DNA of 64,000 nt from Bdellovibrionota bacterium. Its GTDB lineage: Bacteria; Bdellovibrionota_C; UBA2361; JAAYZI01. Of the stretch, positions 39,458 to 49,778 are shown piece after piece. Each line of letters begins with the position of its first letter. Within the stretch, counting starts at the first letter, position 1. The stretch is taken from positions 32,001 through 96,000 of the forward strand of contig JBMNIF010000001.1 of assembly GCA_050950765.1 (NCBI GenBank), given 5' to 3'. Under the pieces are notes generated by a model. That model ran no database searches and was not told where the DNA came from. It saw nothing but the letters and a program-made list of their open reading frames with translations. A program made the translations under genes and the position numbers.

Positions 39458-41110
39458 TCAGGTAATAACAGTAGGTTTATCTACTCCACAAAATTCCTTC
39501 AATTTTAAAAGTTGTAACATCGCTGTTTGATAAGGCTTAAGAACCTCTTCCAAATTCGCATCGTACTTTTTGTTGTAGACATCATGATAGATCCTAAGAG
39601 TAGCGCCACTCGTGCCGGTACCAGACAAACGGCAGATCACTCTACTACCATTATCAAGAATAATTCTTATACCTTGATTTTTTGTTACGGTATTTGTAAC
39701 AGGGTCTTCATAACAAAAATCATCAGCTTTAATAACGCTACGTCCTGCAAAAGGTTGCTTCTTTAAACCAGATAGCTGTCCGCGCAGATGAGATATCATC
39801 TTTTGTGCTTTAGCAGAATTAAGTTCTTCGTAATCATGACGTTGAAAATAGTTTCTGCCGTATTGTGACCAGTGCTGTAAGACGATATCTTCTACGGATT
39901 TGCCGCTTTTTGCGAGGATTGTGAGCCATGCTAAAACCGCCCAAATACCATCTTTTTCACGAACATGATCGGAACCTGTGCCGAAACTCTCTTCTCCGCA
40001 GATGGTACATTTCCCAGCATCCATCAGGGTAACAAAAAACTTCCAACCTGTTGGCGTTTCATAATGCGGAATCTGAAGCCTCTCTGCTACTAGATCAACC
40101 GCCATGCTGGTAGGCATAGAACGCGCTACACCAGCCAATCCGTTACGGTATCCAGGGATATAACGTGTGGCGTTAGCAACAAGGATCGCTAAAGAATCAC
40201 CAGGAGTGACAAAAAGTCCTCGTCCTAAAATAAGGTTACGATCGCCGTCGCCGTCGCTGGCAGCACCGAAATCAGGAGCATTCGGTGCGTACATCCTTTG
40301 CACCAATTCAGCAGCGTATTTTAAGTTTGGATCGGGGTGTAAACCTCCGAAGTCTTCCAGAGGTGTGCCGTGTAGAACTGTGCCGACGGGAGCTTTTAAA
40401 ATATCCTCAAAGATGTGTTTAGCGTAAGGTCCTGTGACGGCGTTCATGGCATCAAAATTAAACCTAAATACTCCGGAAAAGAGTGCTCGAATAGCATCAA
40501 AATCGAAGATCTTTTCCATTAAAGAGGTATAAGTTGTTAACGGGTCAAAAACGACGACTTCCGTATTCTTTGCTTTAAAAGTGCCCATCTGAGAGAGGTC
40601 GATATCTGGAAACTCTACGGTTAAATAAGTTGTAATATCTTTTGTGCGTGCAAAGATTTTTTCTGTCATCTCTTGCGGAGCAGGACCGCCACTACTCGGA
40701 TTGAATTTAATGCCGAAATCTCCATCTGCACCACCAGGGTTGTGGCTGGCTGATAAGATAAATCCACCGAGAGCGTTATTTTCTCTGATTACGGCAGAAG
40801 CTGCCGGTGTGGAAAGGATACCGTCTTTTGCAACCATAACGCGACCGAACTCATTGGCGACCGCCATTTTTACGATAGTTTGAATTGCAACTGAATTAAA
40901 AAAACGTCCATCACCACCCACGACTAAGGTGTGATCCTGAAATTGATCAGGAAAATCCATATAGAGAACATCAAAGGTTGATTGAACAAAGTTTTCTAAA
41001 TAATTTTGCTGCATAAAGACAGCAGTCTTTTTTCGTAACCCCGAAGTTCCAGGTTGTTGATCTTGAAACGGGATAGTGTGGATTGTAATTGGTGTTAAGT
41101 CTGGTCTCAT
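39458..41110 (-). CDS. pgm: Phosphoglucomutase
   Basis: PGTSGLRKK, SASHNPGG, DGDGDR, CGEESFG. Confidence 0.96.
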   Translation of the reverse strand: MRPDLTPITIHTIPFQDQQPGTSGLRKKTAVFMQQNYLENFVQSTFDVLYMDFPDQFQDHTLVVGGDGRFFNSVAIQTIVKMAVANEFGRVMVAKDGILSTPAASAVIRENNALGGFILSASHNPGGADGDFGIKFNPSSGGPAPQEMTEKIFARTKDITTYLTVEFPDIDLSQMGTFKAKNTEVVVFDPLTTYTSLMEKIFDFDAIRALFSGVFRFNFDAMNAVTGPYAKHIFEDILKAPVGTVLHGTPLEDFGGLHPDPNLKYAAELVQRMYAPNAPDFGAASDGDGDRNLILGRGLFVTPGDSLAILVANATRYIPGYRNGLAGVARSMPTSMAVDLVAERLQIPHYETPTGWKFFVTLMDAGKCTICGEESFGTGSDHVREKDGIWAVLAWLTILAKSGKSVEDIVLQHWSQYGRNYFQRHDYEELNSAKAQKMISHLRGQLSGLKKQPFAGRSVIKADDFCYEDPVTNTVTKNQGIRIILDNGSRVICRLSGTGTSGATLRIYHDVYNKKYDANLEEVLKPYQTAMLQLLKLKEFCGVDKPTVIT

Positions 41111-41324
41111 ATATTTTTACCTACAATATTCAATAATCTGATATCGATCATCATACTATCTAAGAGAGAGTGGATATCAAATTGTACTTTCTGTTCTATT
41201 ATTGATGTATGTTCGGCAGAGAGCAATTCCGAAAATATCTCTTTATTAGAAAAAAGGTGTTTTTTTTGTAAGATAGTTTTATTGTGCGTGTGATTTTAAT
41301 AAAGAATTACAGCCGTTATGAGGG

Positions 41325-41726
41325 TTATTGCAAGGTATGTTTTTGATACTCAGAGCATGAAGCCGTTACGGCGTTGTCACGAAGCGTGTCGTTACATTGT
41401 TTGATTTTTTGTATAACGATCTTTCGGCGTTGTCCCAATTTAATAGCTTTTGCTACTTCTTGAGTCATAAAGGTGCGAGGGAAGATGATGTCTTCTCCAG
41501 CTCGATAACCGCAACCTTTTTTTGTAACACGTCCTGTGAGCTGCATTAAGCAGAGCATATTTTGTGGGAGTCCGGCGCACCGTCTTTCATCTATCTGCAT
41601 AAGTTTTATATTAAGTGTGCAAGTGTCTGCGGGAACGGGGGTGGTAGGATCTGCTGCGTTCGCTGAAAAGAACGACAAGAGGGTAGTTAAGAGTATAAAT
41701 AAAAACTGTTTTATTTTTTGTGTCAT
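41325..41726 (-). CDS. Secreted Cys-containing hypothetical protein
   Basis: Signal peptide ending ANA-AD; six Cys. Confidence 0.65.
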   Translation of the reverse strand: MTQKIKQFLFILLTTLLSFFSANAADPTTPVPADTCTLNIKLMQIDERRCAGLPQNMLCLMQLTGRVTKKGCGYRAGEDIIFPRTFMTQEVAKAIKLGQRRKIVIQKIKQCNDTLRDNAVTASCSEYQKHTLQ

Positions 41727-41764
41727 TATTAAAAAGTTAAAATTAAAATCTTACCAACATTGGC

Positions 41765-42346
41765 TTAGCAATTACCGATACTCAACTGATAGTGTGACCA
41801 GATGTTAAGTGTAGTGATAGCTGAATGAAACTCCTTACCATCAATTAGGAGATAAACAGCACCATCGATAATGGTTACTTCCCAATTGGAACGCACCTCG
41901 AGAGTTTCGGAAAGGTCTTGCATAAAATTATTGTCAATCTGATAAAATTCAATTTTTTCAACCCAATTAGTGGCAGCGCCACGCATACATTCATGGCAAA
42001 AAAGGTTTACTTGATCATTTTGAAAGAAATAGACGCGACAGAGGCATTGAGGATCGCACGAGGCGTGGTATAGACGTTTTTTTTCAGGGTTTCCTACTTC
42101 AATCCAGAGGGTGGGGTCTCCTAAGAAATCTTTACTCCAAATTGCTGGTTGCTTCGGATCAAAAAGTCCTTGAGTAAACTCTATGCCATCAGTATAGCTG
42201 TGAATAAAAGCAAGAACGCGTGAAAGCATGTATTCTATCGTTTCGTTGGGGTGTTTTGCAGCTTTTATTCTGAGTTGCAGGTACTGATTCCGATCGGTAT
42301 CGGTCAGGTTGATTGCAAATGTATAAAGACCATCAATAAAAGCCAT
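41765..42346 (-). CDS. yaeQ: YaeQ family protein
   Basis: AKHPNET..YMLSRVLAF, FTQGL, WIEVGNP. Confidence 0.85.
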   Translation of the reverse strand: MAFIDGLYTFAINLTDTDRNQYLQLRIKAAKHPNETIEYMLSRVLAFIHSYTDGIEFTQGLFDPKQPAIWSKDFLGDPTLWIEVGNPEKKRLYHASCDPQCLCRVYFFQNDQVNLFCHECMRGAATNWVEKIEFYQIDNNFMQDLSETLEVRSNWEVTIIDGAVYLLIDGKEFHSAITTLNIWSHYQLSIGNC

Positions 42347-42352
42347 CTTTTC

Positions 42353-42583
42353 TCACTCAAAACGAACAGGCACCCAATTGCGTTTAGCGCAAGCGCTTTC
42401 AGGGCATACGAAAACAGGTTCATCTAGATTAGGGATTAGATTGCGCACAAACCTTTTGCCACATGCGCCACATTCAATAATAACTTTCGTAGGAAATACT
42501 TCAAAGTATTTAGGAACGATAGCATTTTTCTGAGCTGCGCGGAGCCGCCACTCCTCTTTTTTCTGTGGGCTAGGTTCTGTCAT
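42353..42583 (-). CDS. Small zinc-ribbon protein
   Basis: CGAC...CPESAC; ends 6 bp before yaeQ. Confidence 0.7.
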   Translation of the reverse strand: MTEPSPQKKEEWRLRAAQKNAIVPKYFEVFPTKVIIECGACGKRFVRNLIPNLDEPVFVCPESACAKRNWVPVRFE

Positions 42584-42677
42584 CGATAAAATACACCTAA
42601 ATTAATTAATAGTGGGCGGCATTCTACCCTGAAAGGAGCAGCTGATAAACCCCCCCTCGAGGAAGGACTTACACCCT

Positions 42678-43503
42678 TTAGGGAGATGAGAACGGGCTGC
42701 AACTTGCAGAGCGAGTTAGCTAGATCTGGACGGAGGTCAAAAATTTGGTGCCACCCATTAATTTAGGAGAGTGAAAATTTGGTGCCACCCATTAATTTAG
42801 GCAGATTTTGCAGCTTGTCACTGGTGCCACCCTTCAGTTTGGGGGTTAAAAATTTGGTGCCACCCTTCAGGGACAGCAGGACGGGCTGCAACTGCAAAAC
42901 GAATCGGTTAGGTTTTCACGAAGGTTAAAAATTTGGTGCCACCCATCAGTTAAAGGTGGGTGTCCTAATTGCTCTGCTAATAATATCAGGATGTTAGCAA
43001 AAGTTTAGAATTCGGCAGGTTTTGGTGCCACCCTTCAGTAAGACGGGTTCTGGCAGATTTGGCAGGGCTAGGATCTGGTGCCACCCACCAGTAAGACGGG
43101 TTCTGGCAGATTTGGCTGGGCTTAGATCTGGTGCCACCCTTCTTTTTTGCTGCTTTGACGGCTTAAGCGACTGGATGAATTTGGTGCCACCCTTCAGGGA
43201 CAGCAGGACGGGCTGCAACTGCAAAACGAATCGGTTAGGTTTTCACGAAGGAGGTTAAAAATTTGGTGCCACCCATCAGTTTGGGCAGATTTGGGAGCAG
43301 CAGGTTTTGGTGCCACCCTTCAGTTAAAGGTGGGTGTCCTAATTGGCAGCTAATAATATCAGTATGTTAGTAAAAGCCCTGCATTCGGCAGTTTTGGTGC
43401 CACCCACCAGTAGGACGGGATCTGCAGGGCTAGGATCTGGTGCCACCCACCAGTTTAGGCGACTTGCAGATCGGATCGGCTAGGTCTTAACGGGGGTTGA
43501 AAA
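42678..43503 (+). repeat. Mosaic repeat field with many TGGTGCCACCC cores
   Basis: More than ten GGTGCCACCC motifs; blocks reduplicated (e.g. 42851-42924 = 43178-43251). Confidence 0.9.
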
Positions 43504-43509
43504 ATAGAT

Positions 43510-43546
43510 AAAAAAAGGGTGACTCAAAACTCTTTTGAATCACCCC
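43510..43546 (-). terminator. Intrinsic terminator of the putative sRNA
   Basis: GGGGTGATTCAAAA-GAG-TTTTGAGTCACCC-TTTTTTT on the minus strand. Confidence 0.85.
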
Positions 43547-43736
43547 GAAAATGAACTCTGACCTCGCTAGTTCATTGAGCTTTTGGTACCCTCGCTACTT
43601 GAACGGTTTTAGATACCAATATCTTAAGTCGTTTTCTGTCATATACCTGAGAAAGCTAGGAATGTGTGTGTGGTAAGGAGGTAGTTCCTCAGGTATTTTG
43701 ACTTCCACAACCTTGCCCTATTGCAGGGCGTTTGTT
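43510..43736 (-). ncRNA. Putative sigma-54-dependent small RNA
   Basis: -24/-12 promoter, several hairpins, terminator at 43510-43546, no substantial ORF. Confidence 0.65.
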
Positions 43737-43746
43737 TCTACTCTAA

Positions 43747-43873
43747 AGCAAGTGCTATGCCAAAAAAGTGCTTTTTTAACTTATTGAAAATACTTAATTT
43801 TTAAAAAATACTCTATTAGTGCTGGGAAACTTTTGCCTTAATCTTTGACAGCACTGTCGTACATAACGACAGT
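43747..43873 (-). promoter_or_regulatory. sigma-54 promoter with IHF-like site and palindromic activator site
   Basis: TGGCATAGCACTTGCT (43747-43762), TTTCAATAAGTTA (43777-43789), ACTGTCGT-N5-ACGACAGT (43853-43873). Confidence 0.75.
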
Positions 43874-43889
43874 TAAGTAGGATCTTTTT

Positions 43890-44385
43890 GCTTAGTGCCA
43901 CCCTTCAGGGACAACTGAACGGGCTAGAACTGCAAAACGAGTTAGCTAGATCTTCACGGGGGTTAAAAAACTGCTGCCACCCTTCAGGGACGATCGGACG
44001 GGCTGATACTAAAGAGCGAATTAGCTAGGTCTCTACGGAGGTTAAAAATTTGGTGCCACCCTTCAGGGACGATCGGACGGGCTGATACTAAAGAGCGAAT
44101 TAGCTAGGTCTTTACGGAGGTTAAAAATTTGGTGCCATCCACTAAGGACGATCAGTGACGATCGGACGGGCTGATACTAAAGAGCAAGTTGGTTAGGTTT
44201 TGACGGAGGTCAAAAATCTTTTCCATACCTTTCAATGACGGCTGAACGGGCTAGAACTGCAAAACGAATTAGCTAGATCTCTACGGAGGTTAAAAATTTA
44301 GTGCCACCCTTCAGGGACGATCGGACGGGCTGATACTAAAGAGCAAGTTGGTTAGGTTTTGACGGAGGTCAAAAATCTTTTCAAG
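43890..44385 (+). repeat. Tandem array of ~79-bp units (same family)
   Basis: CCTTCAGGGACGATCGGACGGGCTGATACTAAAGAGC at 43981, 44060 and again near 44308. Confidence 0.92.
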
Positions 44386-44620
44386 ACGCTTTTTTTAAGA
44401 GAAAAATACCGAATTGTAGAAAAAATTAAAAAATAAATTATTTAAAAATAATAAATGTCATTTTATCTCAATATATAATGATCATAGGTAGCTGGAATAG
44501 TTTTCAACGGTATAATACACAAGTAATCAACAGGTTTTAAACTTTTGAGGTTGAATCTGCTTTCTGTTATAAACGTAAGGTTGTTTCTGGGTTAACAGTC
44601 TGCATTTTTAATAGTGTATT

Positions 44621-45157
44621 ATGGAAAGTGAAACCTTTCAGATTCGTGTCTCAAAACTGATTCAGAAGTGCCGTAAGGCTGTGCGCTTATACAGCTCGGT
44701 CGGTCGTCTCGCTGGGGTTAAGCAAAACGAGTTTTCAGAACTTCAAGTTGCAGAGTGGAAAGATGTTAACATTCTGCTACTACAAGGGCTTACATCAATT
44801 ATGGAGGTTCCAGGAAGAAAAGGTTTAAGCGCAGATCTGTTTGCCTTAAGAGATCGTTTTTATATGTTGTGGCGTGCTGCGGAGTCCGATATGCACATGC
44901 AACATAAAGATCTGCTGGCAGTAGTTGAAGGGAGCGATTTTATTAAAGCAGCAAAATTAAGTAGTCAGTTAATATCATTAAAAGCAAGGGTGCAAGCGAC
45001 ACAAGCCGCACACCATGAATTACAAGACCTCCTTGATAAAAGTCATCTGGTACCACCTGCTATCGAGCTATCTAAAGAGGCTATACTTTCGGAATCGGTA
45101 GAAGAAGATACCACGTCGTTGGCAAAAGTTATCCCGTTACGTCGCAGATGTATTTAA
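44621..45157 (+). CDS. Hypothetical helical protein
   Basis: 178-aa ORF with C-terminal AKVIPLRR; flanked by inverted repeat arrays. Confidence 0.75.
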   Translation: MESETFQIRVSKLIQKCRKAVRLYSSVGRLAGVKQNEFSELQVAEWKDVNILLLQGLTSIMEVPGRKGLSADLFALRDRFYMLWRAAESDMHMQHKDLLAVVEGSDFIKAAKLSSQLISLKARVQATQAAHHELQDLLDKSHLVPPAIELSKEAILSESVEEDTTSLAKVIPLRRRCI

Positions 45158-45167
45158 AATAAACAAC

Positions 45168-45800
45168 ACTTTTTACCTCCGTAAAGATCTAACCAATTCG
45201 TTCTTTAGTTGCACCCCATCCGATCTTCCCTGAAGGGCGACACTTTTAACCTCCGTAAAAATCTAGCTAATTCATCTTGCAGTTACACCCCGCTCCATTG
45301 TCCTTTAAAAGTGTTTTTACCTCCGTCCAGATCTAACCAATTCGTTCTTTAGTAGCAGCCCGTTCGAGCGTCCCTGAAGGGCGACACTTTTTAACCTCCG
45401 TAAAAAACTAGCTAATTCATCTTGCAGTTACACCCCGCTCCATTGTCCTTTAAAAGTGTTTTTACCTCCGTAAAGATCTGGCTAATTCGTTCTTTAGTAG
45501 CAGCCCGTTCGAGCGTCCCTGAAGGGCGACACTTTTTAACCTCCGTAAAAAACTAGCTAATTCATCTTGCAGTTACACCCCGCTCCATTGTCCTTTAAAA
45601 GTGTTTTTACCTCCGTAAAGATCTGGCTAATTCGTTCTTTAGTAGCAGCCCGTTCGAGCGTCCCCAAAGAGTGTTAATTTTTTAACCTCCGTAAAGATCT
45701 AACCAATTCGTTCTTTAGTAGCACCCCGTTCGAGCGTCCCCAAAGAGTGTTAATTTTTTTACCTCCGTAAAAACCTAGCCGATCCCGCTTTGCAAGTCTT
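45168..45800 (-). repeat. Inverted array of the same family, 9 units with alternating A/B higher-order structure
   Basis: ACCTCCGT at 45175, 45249, 45319, 45394, 45464, 45539, 45609, 45685, 45761; dimer period 145 bp. Confidence 0.92.
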
Positions 45801-45851
45801 AGTTCACTCAACTGCCACCTTGAAGGTGATCCAATCGTTATTGATGGGCAC

Positions 45852-47570
45852 CTACCTATTAACTATAATTAAAGGCGCATTGGCTGTTGTACGCCAAGAG
45901 ATCTTACTAAATCCGTTAGGAAGCGCTACTACATGCGAGCCATCTAAACGTAGCTGCACGCGAAATGATTTAGAAGTTTTTACAAGCATTAAACTTTCAG
46001 GACGCGCACCTAAAGGAAGATCAACCGTGTAACTTTTTTCTCCTCTGCTGTCGGAGAACGTCTCCGGTAAATCTTGAAAAAGAAGAGAGTAACCTTCGTG
46101 AACTAGATCGTTACCCATACCAGCTTTAAAATATTTTAGAGGAATCGTTGCTAGTAGTAACGGACGATTGCTCGGAGTATTAAGGGTGCCGGAATTTTTA
46201 AAAGCCTTAAACTGCGCTTGTGTGATCTTTCCTGAAAAGAAACCGATCTCTAATTCCTTTGATTGTTGTTTCCAGAGGGCAAACGTATCTGCATATTTTG
46301 AAAATAGATATGGTGCTACCTCTTTAGTGCTGTTTATGGTGGTTGTAAAACGTAAGTTCCAGAGCATTGAAACTGAATTTTCATTTAATTCTCTAGAAGA
46401 CCTAAATTGAAACGATATAAAAAGGTCTTCCTTATCCGCTAATCTGTTACACTTTAAAAAGAGAAGATTGTTATTCATCAAATCTGAAGGAAAAAGTTCA
46501 AAGCGATAACTTTTAAGATTTTCAGGCACAACTTTTTCATTCAAGATAAACTCGCCTTTTGAAAAGAAGGTATTGTCACAGTTAAATAGAGCATTCTCCG
46601 TATCAAAAACCATAAGTGCTGCCGGTTCCTTTCCGATTGCAGCAAGAGAGTCGTTTTGTAAGGAGGGGAGGAATTGAAGTTTTCCTTGCTCTTCTTCTGA
46701 GAGCTCTCCCAAGAAAAATGCAAACTCTAAAGTGTTTAATGGAGCTTTATTTTCACCTTTTTTAGCGATATGGCTATCGCTACTAATTATCCGAGTATAA
46801 ACAGATTTAAATGAAAGGTGTATCGTATCGTTTATCGTAACAGATTTAATACCATCCTGCGGAATAATAACATCATCTGTATTAGCATTGTAATAAGTTC
46901 TTTCCGTGACTACACTTTGTGATGTTCCCTCTGAATAAAGTCGGGCGCGTGCTAATGTCAGAAAACTTTCTGTTAAATATATTAGTACAACGGTGAATAT
47001 CAAACTGGGTAATAATAGGCTTCTTGATAATTCTACTCTTCTTTGTACTAAGGTTTTGCAGATTATATCATGCAAAGTTTGCTTTTTAGTTGTAAAAGCA
47101 GCCATTAAGTATCCGATGTAAAACGAAGCTTTTGATAAAATTTTAGCAATGTTCCTAAGGAAAACACGAGAAAAATTACAACGATTATGCTCTGTATCTT
47201 CAATAAATAAGCCGAAAGCGAGTTTGCCAGGAGTCGCTAGTAATGGAGAGCTTTCAAAAATTGTATAATATACAATATCAAGACTTAAGAGTAACAAAAT
47301 AGAGTATAATAAATGATCAGTGAGATTGAATATATCATCTTCCTGAATAGCATCGATAAAAGTGTCAGGTACTATTAGTAAAAATAAGGCAACGCATAAC
47401 GCAATAATAGTTTGATCTAGAATCGTTGCGTATAATCTAAACCAAAATCCAGCAGGAGCTATCTCTTCTTCGGGGACTTCTTCAGGAATTTTCCCAAATG
47501 GTGAATTTTCTAAATTATCTTCAGGTGGTGAAAAAAAACGCTTTCCCATAATCAATCCTAAAACAGGCAT
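45852..47570 (-). CDS. RDD family membrane protein with large C-terminal domain
   Basis: AGFWFRLYATILD, ATPGKLAFGL, KKQTLHD. Confidence 0.85.
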   Translation of the reverse strand: MPVLGLIMGKRFFSPPEDNLENSPFGKIPEEVPEEEIAPAGFWFRLYATILDQTIIALCVALFLLIVPDTFIDAIQEDDIFNLTDHLLYSILLLLSLDIVYYTIFESSPLLATPGKLAFGLFIEDTEHNRCNFSRVFLRNIAKILSKASFYIGYLMAAFTTKKQTLHDIICKTLVQRRVELSRSLLLPSLIFTVVLIYLTESFLTLARARLYSEGTSQSVVTERTYYNANTDDVIIPQDGIKSVTINDTIHLSFKSVYTRIISSDSHIAKKGENKAPLNTLEFAFFLGELSEEEQGKLQFLPSLQNDSLAAIGKEPAALMVFDTENALFNCDNTFFSKGEFILNEKVVPENLKSYRFELFPSDLMNNNLLFLKCNRLADKEDLFISFQFRSSRELNENSVSMLWNLRFTTTINSTKEVAPYLFSKYADTFALWKQQSKELEIGFFSGKITQAQFKAFKNSGTLNTPSNRPLLLATIPLKYFKAGMGNDLVHEGYSLLFQDLPETFSDSRGEKSYTVDLPLGARPESLMLVKTSKSFRVQLRLDGSHVVALPNGFSKISWRTTANAPLIIVNR

Positions 47571-47695
47571 CCGTAAGAAAATACATCTTAAAAATCTAAA
47601 AAATACAAAAGATAGAAGATAGTATCGTTACGCCGCTTAGATCGGTATTTTTGCATCAAAAGTTTAGAACGATCTCTATTTATGCAGAATCCTTA

Positions 47696-48175
47696 TTATT
47701 TAAAGGTTATTTCTGTTCCTACCTCAATCCCAACTTCTTTAGCTGTACCGGCGTTAAGCTCTATAACGTAGAGGCTTGGCTTCTTAATAGAAAGTGTTTT
47801 TTCACTCATAATCTTAGCATCGTTAATAATACCGACGACTTTCTGATCCTTACTGATAAAGATTAGATCGAGAGGGATAAAGGTGTTTTTCATCCAGAAG
47901 GTTTGAATCTGCTCTTCCGGATAGATAAAGATCATCCCTTCATCAGCAGGCATCGATTTAACGTACATCAAGCCCCGTTCTCGTTTAGCGTCGGTATCGG
48001 CAACTTTTAACGTAAAGGTAGAGCTCTCCTGACCCGTCGCATTTTTAAAAGCAACATACATTTTATCTGCAGCGCTTCCGTGCAAGGAAAAGGAGACGTT
48101 ATTAAGAATAAAAATACAGGCAGCAAGTAAACAAAAAAAAGATATGAAAGCGATTTTTGTATTGTTTTTAGCCAT
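47696..48175 (-). CDS. DUF192 family protein
   Basis: ADT..RERGLM, GMIF, FWMKNTFIPLDLIF, YVIELNAG. Confidence 0.92.
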   Translation of the reverse strand: MAKNNTKIAFISFFCLLAACIFILNNVSFSLHGSAADKMYVAFKNATGQESSTFTLKVADTDAKRERGLMYVKSMPADEGMIFIYPEEQIQTFWMKNTFIPLDLIFISKDQKVVGIINDAKIMSEKTLSIKKPSLYVIELNAGTAKEVGIEVGTEITFK

Positions 48176-48335
48176 CTCTTTAAGATCCTATGCAAAGTAA
48201 TGTTAAATCGTAAGGTAGCAGAATTTCGCTTAAATGGGCAGTTTAAAAATTGCATTACAACAGAAAGAGACGAATAAATTCTAATACTAAGAAAGATCTA
48301 TCTAAAAGATAATGCTGAACTTTTTTTGAAGGAGT

Positions 48336-48351
48336 TGGCAGAGATATTGCT
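48336..48351 (+). promoter_or_regulatory. sigma-54 promoter upstream of flgE
   Basis: TGGCAGAGATATTGCT (GG-N10-GC). Confidence 0.7.
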
Positions 48352-48461
48352 TAATCAAAGAAGTAACAACGAATAAGAGCGAAAAAAGATAAAAAAGGGG
48401 CAATAAGTATCATTTAGGGCAAGATGGTAGGAAAAAATTGCTCGTTAATAATGAGGTTAGG

Positions 48462-49709
48462 ATGAGATTAGAAACAGCGTTGTCTACCAGTAGAGAGGGG
48501 ATAAATGTTCACGGACAAGCGATCGCCGTTGTCGGTGATAATATCTCTAATGCCAGCACGACGGGTTATAAAGCATCACGTGCAGAGTTCGCCGATCTTT
48601 TGGCTGATTCGGCCAACCCATCAGGAACCATAGTACACTCCGGTTGCGGCGCTACTCTGCAATGCGTGCGCACCCTCCATCAAACTGGAATTATCGAAAA
48701 CACAGGACGCAGCCTTGATCTTGCTATCGGTGGAAACGGGTTCTTCCTTGTAGGAAGTGCTGAAAGTCCGAACTTAACTAGAGCTGGTAATTTTCAGATC
48801 GGTCGAGATGGTTACTTAGAAACTGCTAGTGGCGATAAAGTGCTCGGCTTTAGTGGCGCAGACGGCACAACGCTCGGACCTATCAATATGTTGGATGTTA
48901 ATGTTACGGGTAGTCCTACGGGTAATATTAAGGTAGGAGGAAACCTTAGTAGTATGAGTGAAATTACTGCGCCACCAACAGCAGCAACCACTTTTCAAGA
49001 TATAAATAGAGCTGCTTCATTCTCATCTTCTGTTGAGATTTATGATTCTCTTGGTGGCAGACACGCTGTCTCCCTAAGCTTTTTTAAAACAGGTGATGGA
49101 GCGTGGAAAGCACAAGCTTTTGTGGATAGTGCAGAAACAGGCGGTACTGCCGGAGTGCCGCAACTTATCGGAGAGATAGATCTCGGATTTGATGAATATG
49201 GGCAGATCACAGCAGGTTCTAATGCAACTATGAACGCTAATGTTACATTTGCTGGGGCAGCAGCATCAGCTATCGCCATAGATTTTTCTGCTATGACACA
49301 GTTTGCTAATCAATCATCTATTAACAATGTCAATGCTGATGGACAAGGTGCGGGAGATATAACGGGGTATGAGATGTTGGAAGACGGTTCAATTCTAGCA
49401 CGCTTAAGCACCTCAGATGCTATTAAGGTTGGAACTATTCAACTTGGAACTGTGCAAAATATTGATGGTTTAGTGCGCGATGGTAACGGTCTTTATATGT
49501 TATCTGGAACTTCAGGAGAGTTGATTGTGGGAAGCCCCAATTCAAATTATTTTGGTTCTCTTGAAGGATCTTCTTTAGAAAATTCAACAACGGATCTAGC
49601 AACTGAATTTGTAAACTTGGTTATCTTACAACGTGGATATCAAGCTAATTCGAGTATGCTAAGTGAAGTCGGAACGTTGCTAAGAGAAACGATCTCTCTC
49701 TTACGCTAA
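48462..49709 (+). CDS. flgE: Flagellar hook protein
   Basis: VGDNISNASTTGYK, DLAIGGNGFF, TRAGNF, IYDSLG, LENSTTDLATEFVNLVILQRGYQANS. Confidence 0.9.
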   Translation: MRLETALSTSREGINVHGQAIAVVGDNISNASTTGYKASRAEFADLLADSANPSGTIVHSGCGATLQCVRTLHQTGIIENTGRSLDLAIGGNGFFLVGSAESPNLTRAGNFQIGRDGYLETASGDKVLGFSGADGTTLGPINMLDVNVTGSPTGNIKVGGNLSSMSEITAPPTAATTFQDINRAASFSSSVEIYDSLGGRHAVSLSFFKTGDGAWKAQAFVDSAETGGTAGVPQLIGEIDLGFDEYGQITAGSNATMNANVTFAGAAASAIAIDFSAMTQFANQSSINNVNADGQGAGDITGYEMLEDGSILARLSTSDAIKVGTIQLGTVQNIDGLVRDGNGLYMLSGTSGELIVGSPNSNYFGSLEGSSLENSTTDLATEFVNLVILQRGYQANSSMLSEVGTLLRETISLLR

Positions 49710-49778
49710 AAAAATTAAAATATGAAGCTTAAAAGCCAACTGTAAAATAGTCAGCTTTTAAGCTTTTAAAAATAATGT

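Noticed and set aside
42994..43258. ORFs of 76 and 78 aa in the repeat field
   Set aside because: Chance frames through non-triplet repeats, with no RBS.
42740..43460. CRISPR array from TGGTGCCACCC repeats
   Set aside because: The core is only ~11-15 bp, spacing is irregular, the spacers are themselves duplicated, and no cas genes are present.
43672..43700. Plus-strand RBS TAAGGAGG
   Set aside because: No suitably spaced start codon; the promoter and terminator point to the minus strand.
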